The notes under the pieces are model-generated. The model ran no database searches. It worked only from the letters and a program-made list of their open reading frames with translations, and was not told the origin of the DNA. The position numbers and the translations under genes were made by a program. Below, one piece after another: positions 10,158-20,690 of a stretch of 64,000 nucleotides of DNA. How positions within the stretch are numbered: position 1 is the first letter of the stretch; each line of letters starts with the position of its first letter. This stretch comes from a virus. Lineage: Duplodnaviria; Caudoviricetes. Where the stretch lies: positions 1-64,000 of the IMG/VR virus record IMGVR_UViG_3300017917_003016; one strand, given 5' to 3'.

Positions 10158-11512
10158 TATATATTATCCGCTGAAGGGCGCAAGGCCTGACTCAGGCTTT
10201 GTCGTTCGTTAATTACATGGCGATATACCGTATATTCGAGTAAGTCGCCAGTTTCAAGAACACTTGACACAGTAAACGAAACATTACCGCCAGTGTTGGC
10301 CATGGTATTTACAATTTGGAATCCGTTGAGTTTTACACGAACACCATAGGTACTGACATACGGTACTTTAGTAACGACAGTACCGTAGGGATTGACATTG
10401 CTGAGAGTAAATGACAGGGTGGCAGAATTTGCAGATGGAGTATAGGGACTAGAAACACGTATACCGTCCCAGGCAGCAGAATTACTCATAAATTTTTCAG
10501 TGTCATTGATAAATCCGCTGAGTTGTGTGGTGTTATTTACACCCGGGGTCAAATTAGTGCGCACAGCATCTTCTATTTTAACCCAACGTTGGCCATCATA
10601 ACGGAAAAGTCTGTTAGGTACATAATCCAGTCGAAGATAAAAGTCGCCTTCGCTGGGGCCTGCAGGGAAACTTAATCCTGCTGCTACGCTTGCACCATTG
10701 GGCGGTCTACCATCGCCGGTAAGATATCCTTCTACTTTAGCAGTGGGAGTATAAGTATTGGCACTAGTATCATTGGATAAGGTATAGATACTACTAGTGT
10801 CGTATCCACTTTTGGGCACGTCTTCTTCGGCCCGTGCAACCACTGCATCGTTAATACTGATTAGTTTGTTGTAGGTACTGAGGGCCTCGGTCAATGCTCG
10901 ATCTTGGTTATCAACGATGCCGTCGCCGTTGAGATCTAGATTATTAAGTATGTCCTTGTATTCCTGACTGTCTACTAGCGGTGCTAGTTTAACACGCCAA
11001 AGGTGCGGATACCATGTAGGAGCAAAACCTTCTGCTGCACGTGTAGCGTCTTGTACTACATAGAAACGCTTAAGAGCAATACCGATGGTGTCGTCTAATG
11101 GCCAAAAATCTTTGAGGAATGGCATTTCCATAACATCGCCCACCATGATCTTACGACCCAAAGTTTCAATCATATCGTTAAGATGAAATACAGCAAATAT
11201 GGTATCGCCTGTTAGAAACAGGCCAAACTGAGTTAGATCAAAATCACTGTCGTTGATGCGAAATAGCGTGCGCATAACATAGATTGATGTATCATACTTT
11301 CGATCACGATTTTCTAAAAACAACAGATCTTGGATGGCAGTGACACCGGTGCTACCAGGTTCTGTTAGACTTATATTTCCTGTATTCTGAGGCCCTAGGT
11401 ATTTGTGTATGTTAACATCAACTCCACCCACAGTGAACATTTCACTCATAGTCTTGTCAAAGAACTGATAGTCAAATCCTTTGGTTGGGCGATATAAACT
11501 TAGACGAGGCAT
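10157..11512 (-). CDS. gp14: Neck protein, T4 gp14-like, with C-terminal extension
   Basis: GGVDVNIHKYLGP...LTQFGLFLTGDTIFAVFH...GRKIMVGDVMEMP; late promoter upstream. Confidence 0.7.
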   Translation of the reverse strand: MPRLSLYRPTKGFDYQFFDKTMSEMFTVGGVDVNIHKYLGPQNTGNISLTEPGSTGVTAIQDLLFLENRDRKYDTSIYVMRTLFRINDSDFDLTQFGLFLTGDTIFAVFHLNDMIETLGRKIMVGDVMEMPFLKDFWPLDDTIGIALKRFYVVQDATRAAEGFAPTWYPHLWRVKLAPLVDSQEYKDILNNLDLNGDGIVDNQDRALTEALSTYNKLISINDAVVARAEEDVPKSGYDTSSIYTLSNDTSANTYTPTAKVEGYLTGDGRPPNGASVAAGLSFPAGPSEGDFYLRLDYVPNRLFRYDGQRWVKIEDAVRTNLTPGVNNTTQLSGFINDTEKFMSNSAAWDGIRVSSPYTPSANSATLSFTLSNVNPYGTVVTKVPYVSTYGVRVKLNGFQIVNTMANTGGNVSFTVSSVLETGDLLEYTVYRHVINERQSLSQALRPSADNI

Positions 11513-11533
11513 TGAGACATCCTAATTATCTAG

Positions 11534-11574
11534 TATTTATCGCCGTTGACAGTCATAGCATGCGATGTTATACT
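11534..11574. promoter_or_regulatory. Back-to-back promoters: late GATAAATA (minus strand, gp14) and sigma70-type TTGACA-N17-TATACT (plus strand)
   Basis: tatttatc at 11534-11541; TTGACA 11546-11551; TATACT 11569-11574. Confidence 0.75.
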
Positions 11575-11580
11575 TGCATT

Positions 11581-11853
11581 ATGGCTGAGATTCAAACTAG
11601 TTTAGATTGGCAAAAAACAGCGCAGACGCTGCAGATGACCTTGATACGAGTTCCAGAGGGACAGCCCAGAAGGCAATTGATTGACCATATGGTAAAAATA
11701 CAGACTATGGTTAGTGAACTAAGTAAAGAAGAAGTTAACTGCCGCCGCCGTCAAAAACAAACACTCAAACACAAAGAACAACTAACTAAAATAAACAAAG
11801 AAATAGACCAGTTGGAACAAATGATTACTTTTACAATGCTAGCAGGACGTTAA
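11581..11853 (+). CDS. Hypothetical coiled-coil protein
   Basis: MAEIQTSLDWQK...; start placed at the ATG just downstream of the sigma70 promoter. Confidence 0.6.
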   Translation: MAEIQTSLDWQKTAQTLQMTLIRVPEGQPRRQLIDHMVKIQTMVSELSKEEVNCRRRQKQTLKHKEQLTKINKEIDQLEQMITFTMLAGR

Positions 11854-11854
11854 T

Positions 11855-12040
11855 ATGAAGCACATATGGAATCAACCCTACGATCCCACTAACCGCTGGA
11901 ACGGCTGGGGTATCGCTAAGATTTCAGTGGCAAATCACACACGCCTGGTTGAACTGGATAGGTTAGAACCTATTGTTGATACTACAGAAGCGCAAGCAAT
12001 TCTAAGCAAATTTACTCTGGAGAACGGTAATGGCAATTAA
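11855..12040 (+). CDS. Hypothetical protein
   Basis: 61 aa, tightly packed between neighbouring genes. Confidence 0.55.
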   Translation: MKHIWNQPYDPTNRWNGWGIAKISVANHTRLVELDRLEPIVDTTEAQAILSKFTLENGNGN

Positions 12041-13220
12041 AGTTGACGGTAGCAAGCGCAAAGCCAAAACGCAACGCGATCCCTTGTTCCTGGACGAAAA
12101 GTATACCGGAGGTGAACCCACGTGGGACACTGTTCGTGCATTGGAGTTTACCAACGAAGAGTTTGATCATCATCTGCGTAAGAGTTTGGCCTACTACAAT
12201 TATTACTACTCAGTAAAAGACCTTCGCAAGTATTTGGTAGACTGGCTGCGTAAACACATTGGTGGCGACTATCATCAATTGGACAAGGCTATGGTAGATC
12301 GATACGCCAAAACTCCAGACTCGTGGACTCCTATGACTGCTTGCGCTCTGGTTAAATCACACGATAGCGGCATGCCCTTGCGTGATCGCCATGTTGAATA
12401 TATTCTTGAGACGGTCAAGCGAGTCATTACACAGGCAATTGATGCAGAAGAGCCTGAAGTTAAGGAAGAAAAAGCCAAGGTAGAAGTTCGAGTTCCTACT
12501 ATTCAGGATCGCATGAACGAAATCGCTAACAAGCATATCCTTTATTTTGAAGAACTTGAGGACCGTGTGCATGCTGGCGAAACTGTAGAAGTCAAAGCCT
12601 ATGAATACCTCTTGGGTAAGAATGTTCCGCAGGCATTGATCGGTAAGATTCAGGCAGTGTTTGAGCCTAGACTAGCAGAGATTCGTGCTGCACGAGACAG
12701 TGACTGTGAACAACTTAAGGAAGGTTATGCGCACCTTAAGGCTGCAGACTATCGTCGCTATGAATCATTCTATGAAAAACTCTTTAATGATTTTGCCAGT
12801 TATGCGCAGACCAAAAAGGCCACTAAGAAAGCCAGTGTACGCAAGCCTCCTGCTAAGGAGAAACTTGTTGCAAAGTTGAACTATTGCAAGAATGATGCTG
12901 GTCTTAAGGTGGTCAGTGTCAATCCTGTGGACATTATCGGTGCTAAGGAAGTGTGGGTCTACAATGTTAAGACTCGTAAACTAGGACGTTATATTGCAGA
13001 CAGCCACATTGGTACGTTGGGCATTAAAGGTACTACAATTGTGGGATTTGATGAGATCAAAAGTACACAAAAGACTCTGCGGAAACCAGAAGTTCAGATC
13101 AAAGACTTTATGTCTTCAGGCAAGGTGGAACTGCGTAAGTTCCTTGATAATATCAAAACCACAGAAATCAAACTTAATGGTCGCGTAAACGCAGACACTC
13201 TGCTGCTAAAAGTTCAGTAA
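12030..13220 (+). CDS. Conserved myovirus hypothetical protein (396 aa)
   Basis: GGAG RBS; C-terminal KLVAKLNY...NPVDIIGAKEVWVYNVKTRKLGRY...KTLRKPE pattern. Confidence 0.75.
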   Translation: MAIKVDGSKRKAKTQRDPLFLDEKYTGGEPTWDTVRALEFTNEEFDHHLRKSLAYYNYYYSVKDLRKYLVDWLRKHIGGDYHQLDKAMVDRYAKTPDSWTPMTACALVKSHDSGMPLRDRHVEYILETVKRVITQAIDAEEPEVKEEKAKVEVRVPTIQDRMNEIANKHILYFEELEDRVHAGETVEVKAYEYLLGKNVPQALIGKIQAVFEPRLAEIRAARDSDCEQLKEGYAHLKAADYRRYESFYEKLFNDFASYAQTKKATKKASVRKPPAKEKLVAKLNYCKNDAGLKVVSVNPVDIIGAKEVWVYNVKTRKLGRYIADSHIGTLGIKGTTIVGFDEIKSTQKTLRKPEVQIKDFMSSGKVELRKFLDNIKTTEIKLNGRVNADTLLLKVQ

Positions 13221-13267
13221 TTAAAACTTGGATCTGGCGATAAATACTCAGTAAAGGATATTTCATA

Positions 13268-14461
13268 ATGAGTCTATTGCCAGCCAATGTTTCTCCCACT
13301 GCTAATCTAACTGCTACTCTAAGTATGGAGACGCAGAGCCTGTACAATAATTACACAGGCACCGGCGCCGGCCATATCGCATTCGATGCAAACTTAGAAG
13401 CGCAGTTAACTACCGTTACTAGTCTTAGAAACGATATCACAGACTACATTCGTTTGCGTTTAGGCTATGGTATGATTGATGTTGAGGCAGACAAAGAACA
13501 CTTTGATAACGGTATCAAACAGGCATTAATACGCTATCGGCAGCGTAGTTCAAACTCAGTTGAAGAATCCTATGCCTTCTTAGACTTATATCCAGAAACA
13601 CAAGAATATATTTTGCCTAATACCATTATGGATGTTAAAGCAGTGTATCGTAGAGGTATTGGGTCAGTCACAGGCACTACTGCTAGCCAATTTGAACCTT
13701 TTGCATCAGGTTACCTAAACACTTACATGTTAGTTGCAGGTCGAGTTGGCGGACTTACTAACTATGAACTGTTTGTAGATTACCAAAAATTAGCAATGCG
13801 TATGTTTGGTGGCTTTATGAATTTTACCTGGAATAAGGTTACTAAAAAAATTACATTAGTTAGAAAAATGCCATTTCAAGGGTCCGGAGCCACATTGCGG
13901 CTGAAAAGTCTTACGGCATCGGGAACAGCAGTAGGCAGCACAGTAACATTTCAAATCAGCAGTCAAGGTCCCTGGAGCGGAGTGGGTGTAGGATCTGAGA
14001 TTGCTATTACCAACTGTCCGGTGTCGGGCTACAACGGAACCTATACAGTTCAAACGGTTGACCCAACAGGGCAAGTGTTTACATTTCTAAACACAGCACC
14101 TCTGGGTGCAACCACAGTCAACGATATGTCTCTGGCATCAACCTTTGTTAGTGCTCCAGGATCACCAGATAATGCAGTTAAAGAAACTGTACTTCTACAT
14201 ATATACAATTACAAACCAGATGTTATGTTACTCAACGATCCGCAGGTATTTCCTTGGATTCAAGACTATGCCTACGCTCTAACGTTGATAAGCATAGGCA
14301 ATGCCCGTGAAAAATTTCAAAGCATTGCGGGCCCACAGGGCGGCACATCACTAAACGGCGCTGCCCTCAAACAAGAAGGCACAGAACTGCTGACTAAACT
14401 AGACGAAGAAATTCGTAATTATGTTGATGGTGGACAACCTCTGACTTGGATTATGGGTTGA
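13268..14461 (+). CDS. gp13: Neck protein, T4 gp13-like
   Basis: DYIRLRLGYGMIDVE...WIQDYAYAL...GNAREKF...GGTSLNG; late promoter GATAAATA at 13239-13246. Confidence 0.8.
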   Translation: MSLLPANVSPTANLTATLSMETQSLYNNYTGTGAGHIAFDANLEAQLTTVTSLRNDITDYIRLRLGYGMIDVEADKEHFDNGIKQALIRYRQRSSNSVEESYAFLDLYPETQEYILPNTIMDVKAVYRRGIGSVTGTTASQFEPFASGYLNTYMLVAGRVGGLTNYELFVDYQKLAMRMFGGFMNFTWNKVTKKITLVRKMPFQGSGATLRLKSLTASGTAVGSTVTFQISSQGPWSGVGVGSEIAITNCPVSGYNGTYTVQTVDPTGQVFTFLNTAPLGATTVNDMSLASTFVSAPGSPDNAVKETVLLHIYNYKPDVMLLNDPQVFPWIQDYAYALTLISIGNAREKFQSIAGPQGGTSLNGAALKQEGTELLTKLDEEIRNYVDGGQPLTWIMG

Positions 14462-14511
14462 TTTTTCTTATTAAACTCTAGTATACTAATTCAATTAATA
14501 GGAGTATTTCA

Positions 14512-15195
14512 ATGCCTCAAATCATTGGCATTTGCGGATTTATTGGTAGCGGCAAAGACACGGTTGCTGACTATTTGGTAAACCTACATCAATTTCGAAG
14601 AGAGAGTTTTGCCAGCAGCCTTAAAGATGCTATGGCACACATTTTTGGTTGGGACCGCCAATTACTAGAAGGCCGCACTAAACACAGTCGTGAGTGGCGG
14701 GAACAGCAGGATGAATGGTGGAGTCAACGGTTAGGTATGAATATTACGCCACGTTGGGTTCTTCAACACTGGGGCACTGAGGTCGCGCGCCGCGGCTTCC
14801 ACAACGACATTTGGATAGCCAGTCTTGAAAATCGTCTGCGCAACACTGGGGACGATGTGGTAATTACCGATTGTCGTTTCCCTAACGAAATATCAGCACT
14901 GCGTAAGGTTGGTGGCAAAATTATACGCACCTGCAGGGGACCTGAACCAGCGTGGCATGACATAGCAGTAGCAGCCAATCAGGGAGAAAATTGGGCCGTA
15001 CAAGAACTTAAGGCCTTAAAAATCCATGCAAGCGAATATTCGTGGGTTGACAACGATTTTGATTTTATACTGGACAACAACGGCACATTGGATGAACTAT
15101 ATCAGCAGATTGAGGAGTTCCTTGTTAAAAATCAGGAACTAAATCTCCTTGACGCCAACCTAATCCTTCACGAGCAACTTCAAATTGACAGTTAG
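14512..15195 (+). CDS. Deoxynucleoside monophosphate kinase (T4 gp1-like)
   Basis: IIGICGFIGSGKDT P-loop; TPRWVLQHWGTEV; VVITDCRFPNE; HASE; sigma70-like TTGATT-N18-TATACT upstream. Confidence 0.9.
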   Translation: MPQIIGICGFIGSGKDTVADYLVNLHQFRRESFASSLKDAMAHIFGWDRQLLEGRTKHSREWREQQDEWWSQRLGMNITPRWVLQHWGTEVARRGFHNDIWIASLENRLRNTGDDVVITDCRFPNEISALRKVGGKIIRTCRGPEPAWHDIAVAANQGENWAVQELKALKIHASEYSWVDNDFDFILDNNGTLDELYQQIEEFLVKNQELNLLDANLILHEQLQIDS

Positions 15196-15475
15196 CACAG
15201 ATAGTTTTAAGATTGGTATGTAAATTGTTGTTAAGATTACCATCTATGTAGTAGACAAATAACTGCTCTCGATATTTGGCTTTGAACCCGCACTTTTCAC
15301 AGTGCGGTTTCTTTTTGTATCCTCTTTGTTTCCAAAGTGGTTCGGGCCTTGTGAGGCCTTTCTTTTTTCTTATGCAACTGTCGCAGCGACTACGGTAATA
15401 GGTCTTATCTCCCGTGCGATAGTTCACTGCACAAGGTTTTTTGCCGCAAACTAAACATAATTTTCGCCATTGCAT
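15125..15475 (-). CDS. Zinc-finger HNH-like protein with degenerate active site
   Basis: Four CxxC pairs; QLFVYYIDGNLNNNLHTNLKTICANC; own late promoter (CATAAATA, minus strand, 15480-15487). Confidence 0.65.
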   Translation of the reverse strand: MQWRKLCLVCGKKPCAVNYRTGDKTYYRSRCDSCIRKKKGLTRPEPLWKQRGYKKKPHCEKCGFKAKYREQLFVYYIDGNLNNNLHTNLKTICANCQFEVAREGLGWRQGDLVPDF

Positions 15476-15581
15476 GCCGTATTTATGGTGAACCTTTCAA
15501 AGGGCATCGTAAGCCACCAAAAAAACCAAATAAAAATAAATAGTTTAAAGCGGTAACATATTATTAAAGGAACATAGAACC

Positions 15582-18500
15582 ATGGCATCACTAACTTCCC
15601 CAGGCGTATCAGTTAGCATAATTGATCAAAGCCAATTTGCACCAACACAGGCTGGCACAGTTCCGTATGTATTGATTGCCACAGCGCAAGACAAGCAAAC
15701 ACCTGCTAGTACATTAGCAGCCGGTACAACCATAGCCAATGCAGAAAAGATTATTACGGTAACTAGCCAGAGAGATCTTATCAATACTTTTGGCACTCCT
15801 ATTTTTGAAACAGATGCTTCTGGAAATCCCATACAAGGAAGTGAACTTAGCGAATACGGGCTACTAGCAGCCTATTCAGCACTGGGCGTAACTAACACTA
15901 TATATGTTCAACGCGCCAATGTAAATCTTAACGAATTAACAGGCACAAGCACAAGACCAACAGGTATACCAGCAGATGGTACCTATTGGTTAGATACAGG
16001 CAATACCAATTGGGGTGTTTATACTTGGTCCCCCGAAAATGGATTCATCCAAAAAACACCAACAGTGATTACCGATACAGATTATCTAAGTAGCGGAGTT
16101 CCTTTGAGCACTTTTGGGGTCATAGGTGAATATGCAGTGGTAGCCACAAGTTCAAGTAATCCAATTTATTATAAGGGCTACGACAACAGTTGGACTTTAG
16201 TAGGCAGCGACAGTTGGAAATCTGTAGTTCCGGCCTTGATTGGTAATGTTGCAAGCCCAACAGTCACTGCCGGTAGCAAGTTAATTATTAACGGTAATGT
16301 TGTTACTGTTGCTGGCACTACTGTAAGTTCAGCGGCCAGTGCAATTAATGCTGCAGTAATACCCGGAGTATCGGCTCGAGTTAATTCAACTAGCCAATTG
16401 GAAATATTTGTAAACAGTAATACAATTATCTATAGTAATGCTGCAGGTAATCTTCGAGGTGCAATCGACACTGCAACTAGCAGTGAAGATACTCTACAGA
16501 TTACTAAGGGCAGTGTGCTTCTTGGAAACCTTGACTGCGCTAGTAACATTGGTCTGCTGCAAGACGACATTAATTACGGTCCGTCTATTTCTAACAATGG
16601 TAATACCTATACATACAACGGCCCAACAATTCATTTTGGTGCTTACACAAACCCACCTGCATGGCGAACCACTGACGTAACACCAAGACCAGAAGATTCT
16701 GTTTGGTTAAAAACTTCAGCAACAGGCAATGGTGCCAATTGGGCAATTAAAGAATACGATGCTAATTTAGACACTTGGGTTCAGTTTAGTGCTCCACTTT
16801 ATCTAAATGATTCGTCAGCCATTAATGCTCTAGATCCAGTTTCTGGTGGTGCAGGGTTGGCTGCTGGTACCCTGTATGTAAAATATGATACCTTAGCCAC
16901 AGACACAACTACCTTCCGCCCTTACATTAAAAATGTTTCTGGGGTACTTACTATCACAGGAACAGTAGCAGGTGGATCGGCAACCTATGTCAACGGTGAC
17001 AGTTTCCGTTTAGATGTGTCAGTTCCAGGATCAGCCACGCTGGCCAATGCCACAGTTACACTAAGCGGTACAACTGCAAGTGCATTGGTATCAGGAATAT
17101 TAGGTGCTGGATTACCTAACATTATATCTGGCTTCAATAGCAGTGGTGCGATATACCTGCGTCATTTGGCCGGAGGAACTATCCAAATAACCCAGTTAGT
17201 AGGTAGCCCCCTTAATACTGCAGGCTTACTAAGTGATTCTCATGTTCAAGTAATATCTGCGGGCACTATTTACCTAGCAAGTCCATGGACTCCGTTGACT
17301 TACACTTATGGTGATACTGAGCCGTTTAGCAATCCGGCAGAAAATACTTTGTGGTATTATAGTAATGCTACAGAAGTAGACATTATGATCAGTGATGGTA
17401 CTGCTTGGAAGGGCTATCGCAACGTCAGTAATGATGCACGCGGCTATGACCTAACTGACACTGATGCAAACGGGGTAATATTTAGCGCCAGCCAACCTAC
17501 TACACAAAGCGATGGTACAAGTCAGTTGGCAGCAGGAGATCTTTGGATCGATACCGGAGATCTAGCAAACTTCCCAATACTGTATCGTTATAACGGTATA
17601 ACCTGGGATCTATTAGACAATGCAGACGATGTAAGTGCTAATGGTATTGTATTTGCAGATGCGCGTTGGTCGGCAACAGGAAACGTAAACGTTATAACAG
17701 ACACGTTGCCAACAATTGAATCACTGTTAACCAGCGATCATATTGATCCTGATTGCCCAGATTACCAACTGTACCCACGTGGTATTCTGTTGTTTAATAC
17801 TCGTCGCAGTGGGTACAATGTTAAGAGATTCAAATCAAATTACTTTAGTGATGAGCAATTAGCAACAGTAAACTCTTCTGAAGCAGATGCTTGGGTAACC
17901 TACAGTGGCGAAGACCCTACCACTGGTGTACCGTACTTTGGTCGTAAGTCACAACGTAGTGTTGTGGTACGTGCAATGAAGGCAGCCATCGCAGAAAGTC
18001 AAACACTGCGCGAAGAAGGCACTCAGTTTAATCTAATTTGCGCTCCAAACTATCCAGAATTAATACAGGATATGATAACATTGAACAATGATCGAGTTAA
18101 CACAGCCTTTATTATCGGCGATAGTCCGATTGATCTACCATCAAATAGCACTGCACTAGACAACTGGTCACGCAATGCTGATTTAGCCTCTGATAACGGT
18201 GAAGATGGTCTTGTAAGTCGAAGCGAATACCTAGGTGTTTATTATCCGGGCGGCCTAGCAACTAACCTAGATGGAAATAGTGTTGTGGTTCCGCCAAGTC
18301 ATATCATGCTACGCACAATGATACGCAGCGATGCGGTTAGTTATCCTTGGTTTGCACCTGCAGGGGTACGTCGCGGCATAATCGATAATGTTTCAAGTAT
18401 CGGTTACGTTGACAGAGCAGACAATGACACTTACAAGAGTGTAGGCATAACTACAGGACTGCGTGATGTGCTTTATCGTAACGATGTTAACCCATTAACA

Positions 18501-18887
18501 GTTTTACCTGGGGTTGGACTAGTCGCATACGGGCAAAAAACTCGCTACAGTACCGATAGCGCACTAGACCGTATAAATGTAGCAAGATTGGTTGTATATC
18601 TACGCACAATATTAGCCAAGGCTGCTGCTCCGTTTATATTTGAACCCAATGACGCTATTACACGTAGTCAAGTAAAAGCCGTGTTTGATGCAGTGTTTAA
18701 CGATTTGGTTGCAAAACGAGGCATTTACGACTTCCTAGTTGTGTGCGATACAACTAACAATACACCTACTCGTATAGACAACTACGAGTTGTGGATTGAT
18801 ATAGCAATTCAACCAGTTAAGGCTATTGAATTTATTTACATTCCGGTACGCCTACAAAATACTGGAGCAGCACTGACTATAAGTTAA
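15582..18887 (+). CDS. gp18: Tail sheath protein, T4 gp18-like
   Basis: LTSPGVSVSIID N-terminus; YPWFAPAGVRRG; GQKT; LDRINVARL; FIFEPND; IQPVKAIEFIYIP. Confidence 0.95.
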   Translation: MASLTSPGVSVSIIDQSQFAPTQAGTVPYVLIATAQDKQTPASTLAAGTTIANAEKIITVTSQRDLINTFGTPIFETDASGNPIQGSELSEYGLLAAYSALGVTNTIYVQRANVNLNELTGTSTRPTGIPADGTYWLDTGNTNWGVYTWSPENGFIQKTPTVITDTDYLSSGVPLSTFGVIGEYAVVATSSSNPIYYKGYDNSWTLVGSDSWKSVVPALIGNVASPTVTAGSKLIINGNVVTVAGTTVSSAASAINAAVIPGVSARVNSTSQLEIFVNSNTIIYSNAAGNLRGAIDTATSSEDTLQITKGSVLLGNLDCASNIGLLQDDINYGPSISNNGNTYTYNGPTIHFGAYTNPPAWRTTDVTPRPEDSVWLKTSATGNGANWAIKEYDANLDTWVQFSAPLYLNDSSAINALDPVSGGAGLAAGTLYVKYDTLATDTTTFRPYIKNVSGVLTITGTVAGGSATYVNGDSFRLDVSVPGSATLANATVTLSGTTASALVSGILGAGLPNIISGFNSSGAIYLRHLAGGTIQITQLVGSPLNTAGLLSDSHVQVISAGTIYLASPWTPLTYTYGDTEPFSNPAENTLWYYSNATEVDIMISDGTAWKGYRNVSNDARGYDLTDTDANGVIFSASQPTTQSDGTSQLAAGDLWIDTGDLANFPILYRYNGITWDLLDNADDVSANGIVFADARWSATGNVNVITDTLPTIESLLTSDHIDPDCPDYQLYPRGILLFNTRRSGYNVKRFKSNYFSDEQLATVNSSEADAWVTYSGEDPTTGVPYFGRKSQRSVVVRAMKAAIAESQTLREEGTQFNLICAPNYPELIQDMITLNNDRVNTAFIIGDSPIDLPSNSTALDNWSRNADLASDNGEDGLVSRSEYLGVYYPGGLATNLDGNSVVVPPSHIMLRTMIRSDAVSYPWFAPAGVRRGIIDNVSSIGYVDRADNDTYKSVGITTGLRDVLYRNDVNPLTVLPGVGLVAYGQKTRYSTDSALDRINVARLVVYLRTILAKAAAPFIFEPNDAITRSQVKAVFDAVFNDLVAKRGIYDFLVVCDTTNNTPTRIDNYELWIDIAIQPVKAIEFIYIPVRLQNTGAALTIS

Positions 18888-18973
18888 TATACGCAGATAA
18901 TGGGAGGGCTTGGCCCTCCCAAAACTGAATCAAAAAATGGTAAATACTATAAAGCATTAAAAAGGAAACAAAG

Positions 18974-19591
18974 ATGGCAACATCATCATTAACCAATTTT
19001 ACAGTGCCGTTATCAACAAACCAAAGTGCTAGTTCACAAGGTTTGTTAATGCCAAAATTAAAGTTTCGCTTTCGCGTGACTTTCTTAAACTTTGGTATAA
19101 CCCAACCAACCACTGAATTGACAAAACAGATAGTTAGTTTCAAACGTCCAACGTTGAGTTTTGAACAAATTGAAATTCCTGTATATAACAGTAAAGTTTA
19201 TCTAGCAGGTAAACCAACCTGGGCTGAAGTAACATGCCAGATACGTGACGATGCCAGCGGCGAAGTAACCAAACGAGTTGGCGAACAGATGCAGAAGCAG
19301 TTTGATTTCTTTGAGCAAAGCACTGCGTCATCTGGTATTGATTATAAGTTCCAAACTATTCTTGAGATACTTGATGGTGGCAACGGTGCAAATACTCCAA
19401 ACGTTCTTGAAACATGGGAACTCTACGGTTGCTATCTAATGTCGGCTGATTACGGTGATAACAACTACGGATCAAATGAACCAATGACTGTAGATTTATC
19501 AATACGTTATGATAATGCTCTGCAGACACCAACCGGTAGTGGCATCGGTGCTACTGTTACTCGCACGTTGGGAACAGTAATCACAGGCTAA
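18974..19591 (+). CDS. gp19: Tail tube protein, T4 gp19-like
   Basis: MPKLKFRFRV...RPTLSFEQIEIPVYNSKVYLAGKPTW...WELYGC...LSIRYDNA; follows the sheath gene. Confidence 0.9.
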   Translation: MATSSLTNFTVPLSTNQSASSQGLLMPKLKFRFRVTFLNFGITQPTTELTKQIVSFKRPTLSFEQIEIPVYNSKVYLAGKPTWAEVTCQIRDDASGEVTKRVGEQMQKQFDFFEQSTASSGIDYKFQTILEILDGGNGANTPNVLETWELYGCYLMSADYGDNNYGSNEPMTVDLSIRYDNALQTPTGSGIGATVTRTLGTVITG

Positions 19592-19611
19592 TGATTAAAT
19601 AAAGTAAGAAG

Positions 19612-19641
19612 AAAAGCCCGGCTTAGTTCCGGGCTTTTTTT
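19612..19641 (+). terminator. Rho-independent terminator after gp19
   Basis: AAAAGCCCGG-cttagtt-CCGGGCTTTTTTT. Confidence 0.9.
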
Positions 19642-19670
19642 ACGGATAAATATATGAAATAGGACCAACC

Positions 19671-20681
19671 ATGGCACAGAACGATATATTTTCAGGAATA
19701 TTACAGTCTATAGCACCTCAACAGAATATGCGAGATTATCAGCATGCGTCTCGTACGTTTGTTGACAGTTTATATAGATTAAGTCCTAAGTACAGCAATC
19801 TTTTTCATGTCTTTATAGATGTTAATCGAAGCCTAGCATCTCAACTTAAGGTTGATCAACTCAAACAGATAGAAATTGGTCTTATGGCCAAGCAAGTTCA
19901 ATTACCAAAGTTTACTGTTACCACAAAGACCCATAACGCATACAATCGAAAAATCGTTCAACAAGAAAAAGTTTCATATGATCCGGTGGCTATCACATTT
20001 CATGATGACAGTGCAGATGTAGTTTTAAACTTCTGGACTGATTATTTTCAATACTACTACCGAGACAGCGATTATCCTGATTTGGCAACCTATCAGTATG
20101 ACAGCAAGTATAAGCCTCGCCAAGAGCAGAGGTGGGGGTTTAGTCCAAAGTACGAATCTAATAATATGCCTTATTTAAATAGCATACGTATCTACAGCCT
20201 GCACCAAAAACGCTTTAGTTCTTATACTTTAGTGCGTCCTATAATTACTAATTTTGCTCATGGCCAGCATGTTGCAGGGGAATATTCTCCTTTAGAACAC
20301 ACACTCACAGTTAATTATGAGGCTTTACAATATGAAAGTGGTCCAGTGAGCAATGGAACTGTTCAGGGATTTGATCAAATACACTATGATACTACTCCAA
20401 GCCCGCTGCGCAATGCGGGTGCTTTAATTGGTGCTGGAAGAAGTATCCTTAGCAATATTGAAAACGGTGATCTAGCATCGGTCTTGCAGAACGCAACCAA
20501 CGCAACTAACATACTTAACGGTAGTAATTTCCAATTAAAACAAACCCCTTCATTTGATCTTAGTCAAGTTGGAAACAGTATACTCCGAGGAAAAAACCCG
20601 TTCAGCACCGTTTTTGCTCCAACTAGTTCATCAGTAGAACAAGGTCTAAGAAGTGCAGTGACTAGAACAACCAATCTTTAA
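19671..20681 (+). CDS. Tail tube-like / baseplate tube initiator protein (gp19/gp54 fold)
   Basis: AKQVQLPKF...NAYNRK...SYDPVAITFHDD...W..YF.YY; late promoter GATAAATA at 19645-19652. Confidence 0.6.
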   Translation: MAQNDIFSGILQSIAPQQNMRDYQHASRTFVDSLYRLSPKYSNLFHVFIDVNRSLASQLKVDQLKQIEIGLMAKQVQLPKFTVTTKTHNAYNRKIVQQEKVSYDPVAITFHDDSADVVLNFWTDYFQYYYRDSDYPDLATYQYDSKYKPRQEQRWGFSPKYESNNMPYLNSIRIYSLHQKRFSSYTLVRPIITNFAHGQHVAGEYSPLEHTLTVNYEALQYESGPVSNGTVQGFDQIHYDTTPSPLRNAGALIGAGRSILSNIENGDLASVLQNATNATNILNGSNFQLKQTPSFDLSQVGNSILRGKNPFSTVFAPTSSSVEQGLRSAVTRTTNL

Positions 20682-20690
20682 GAGATAAAA

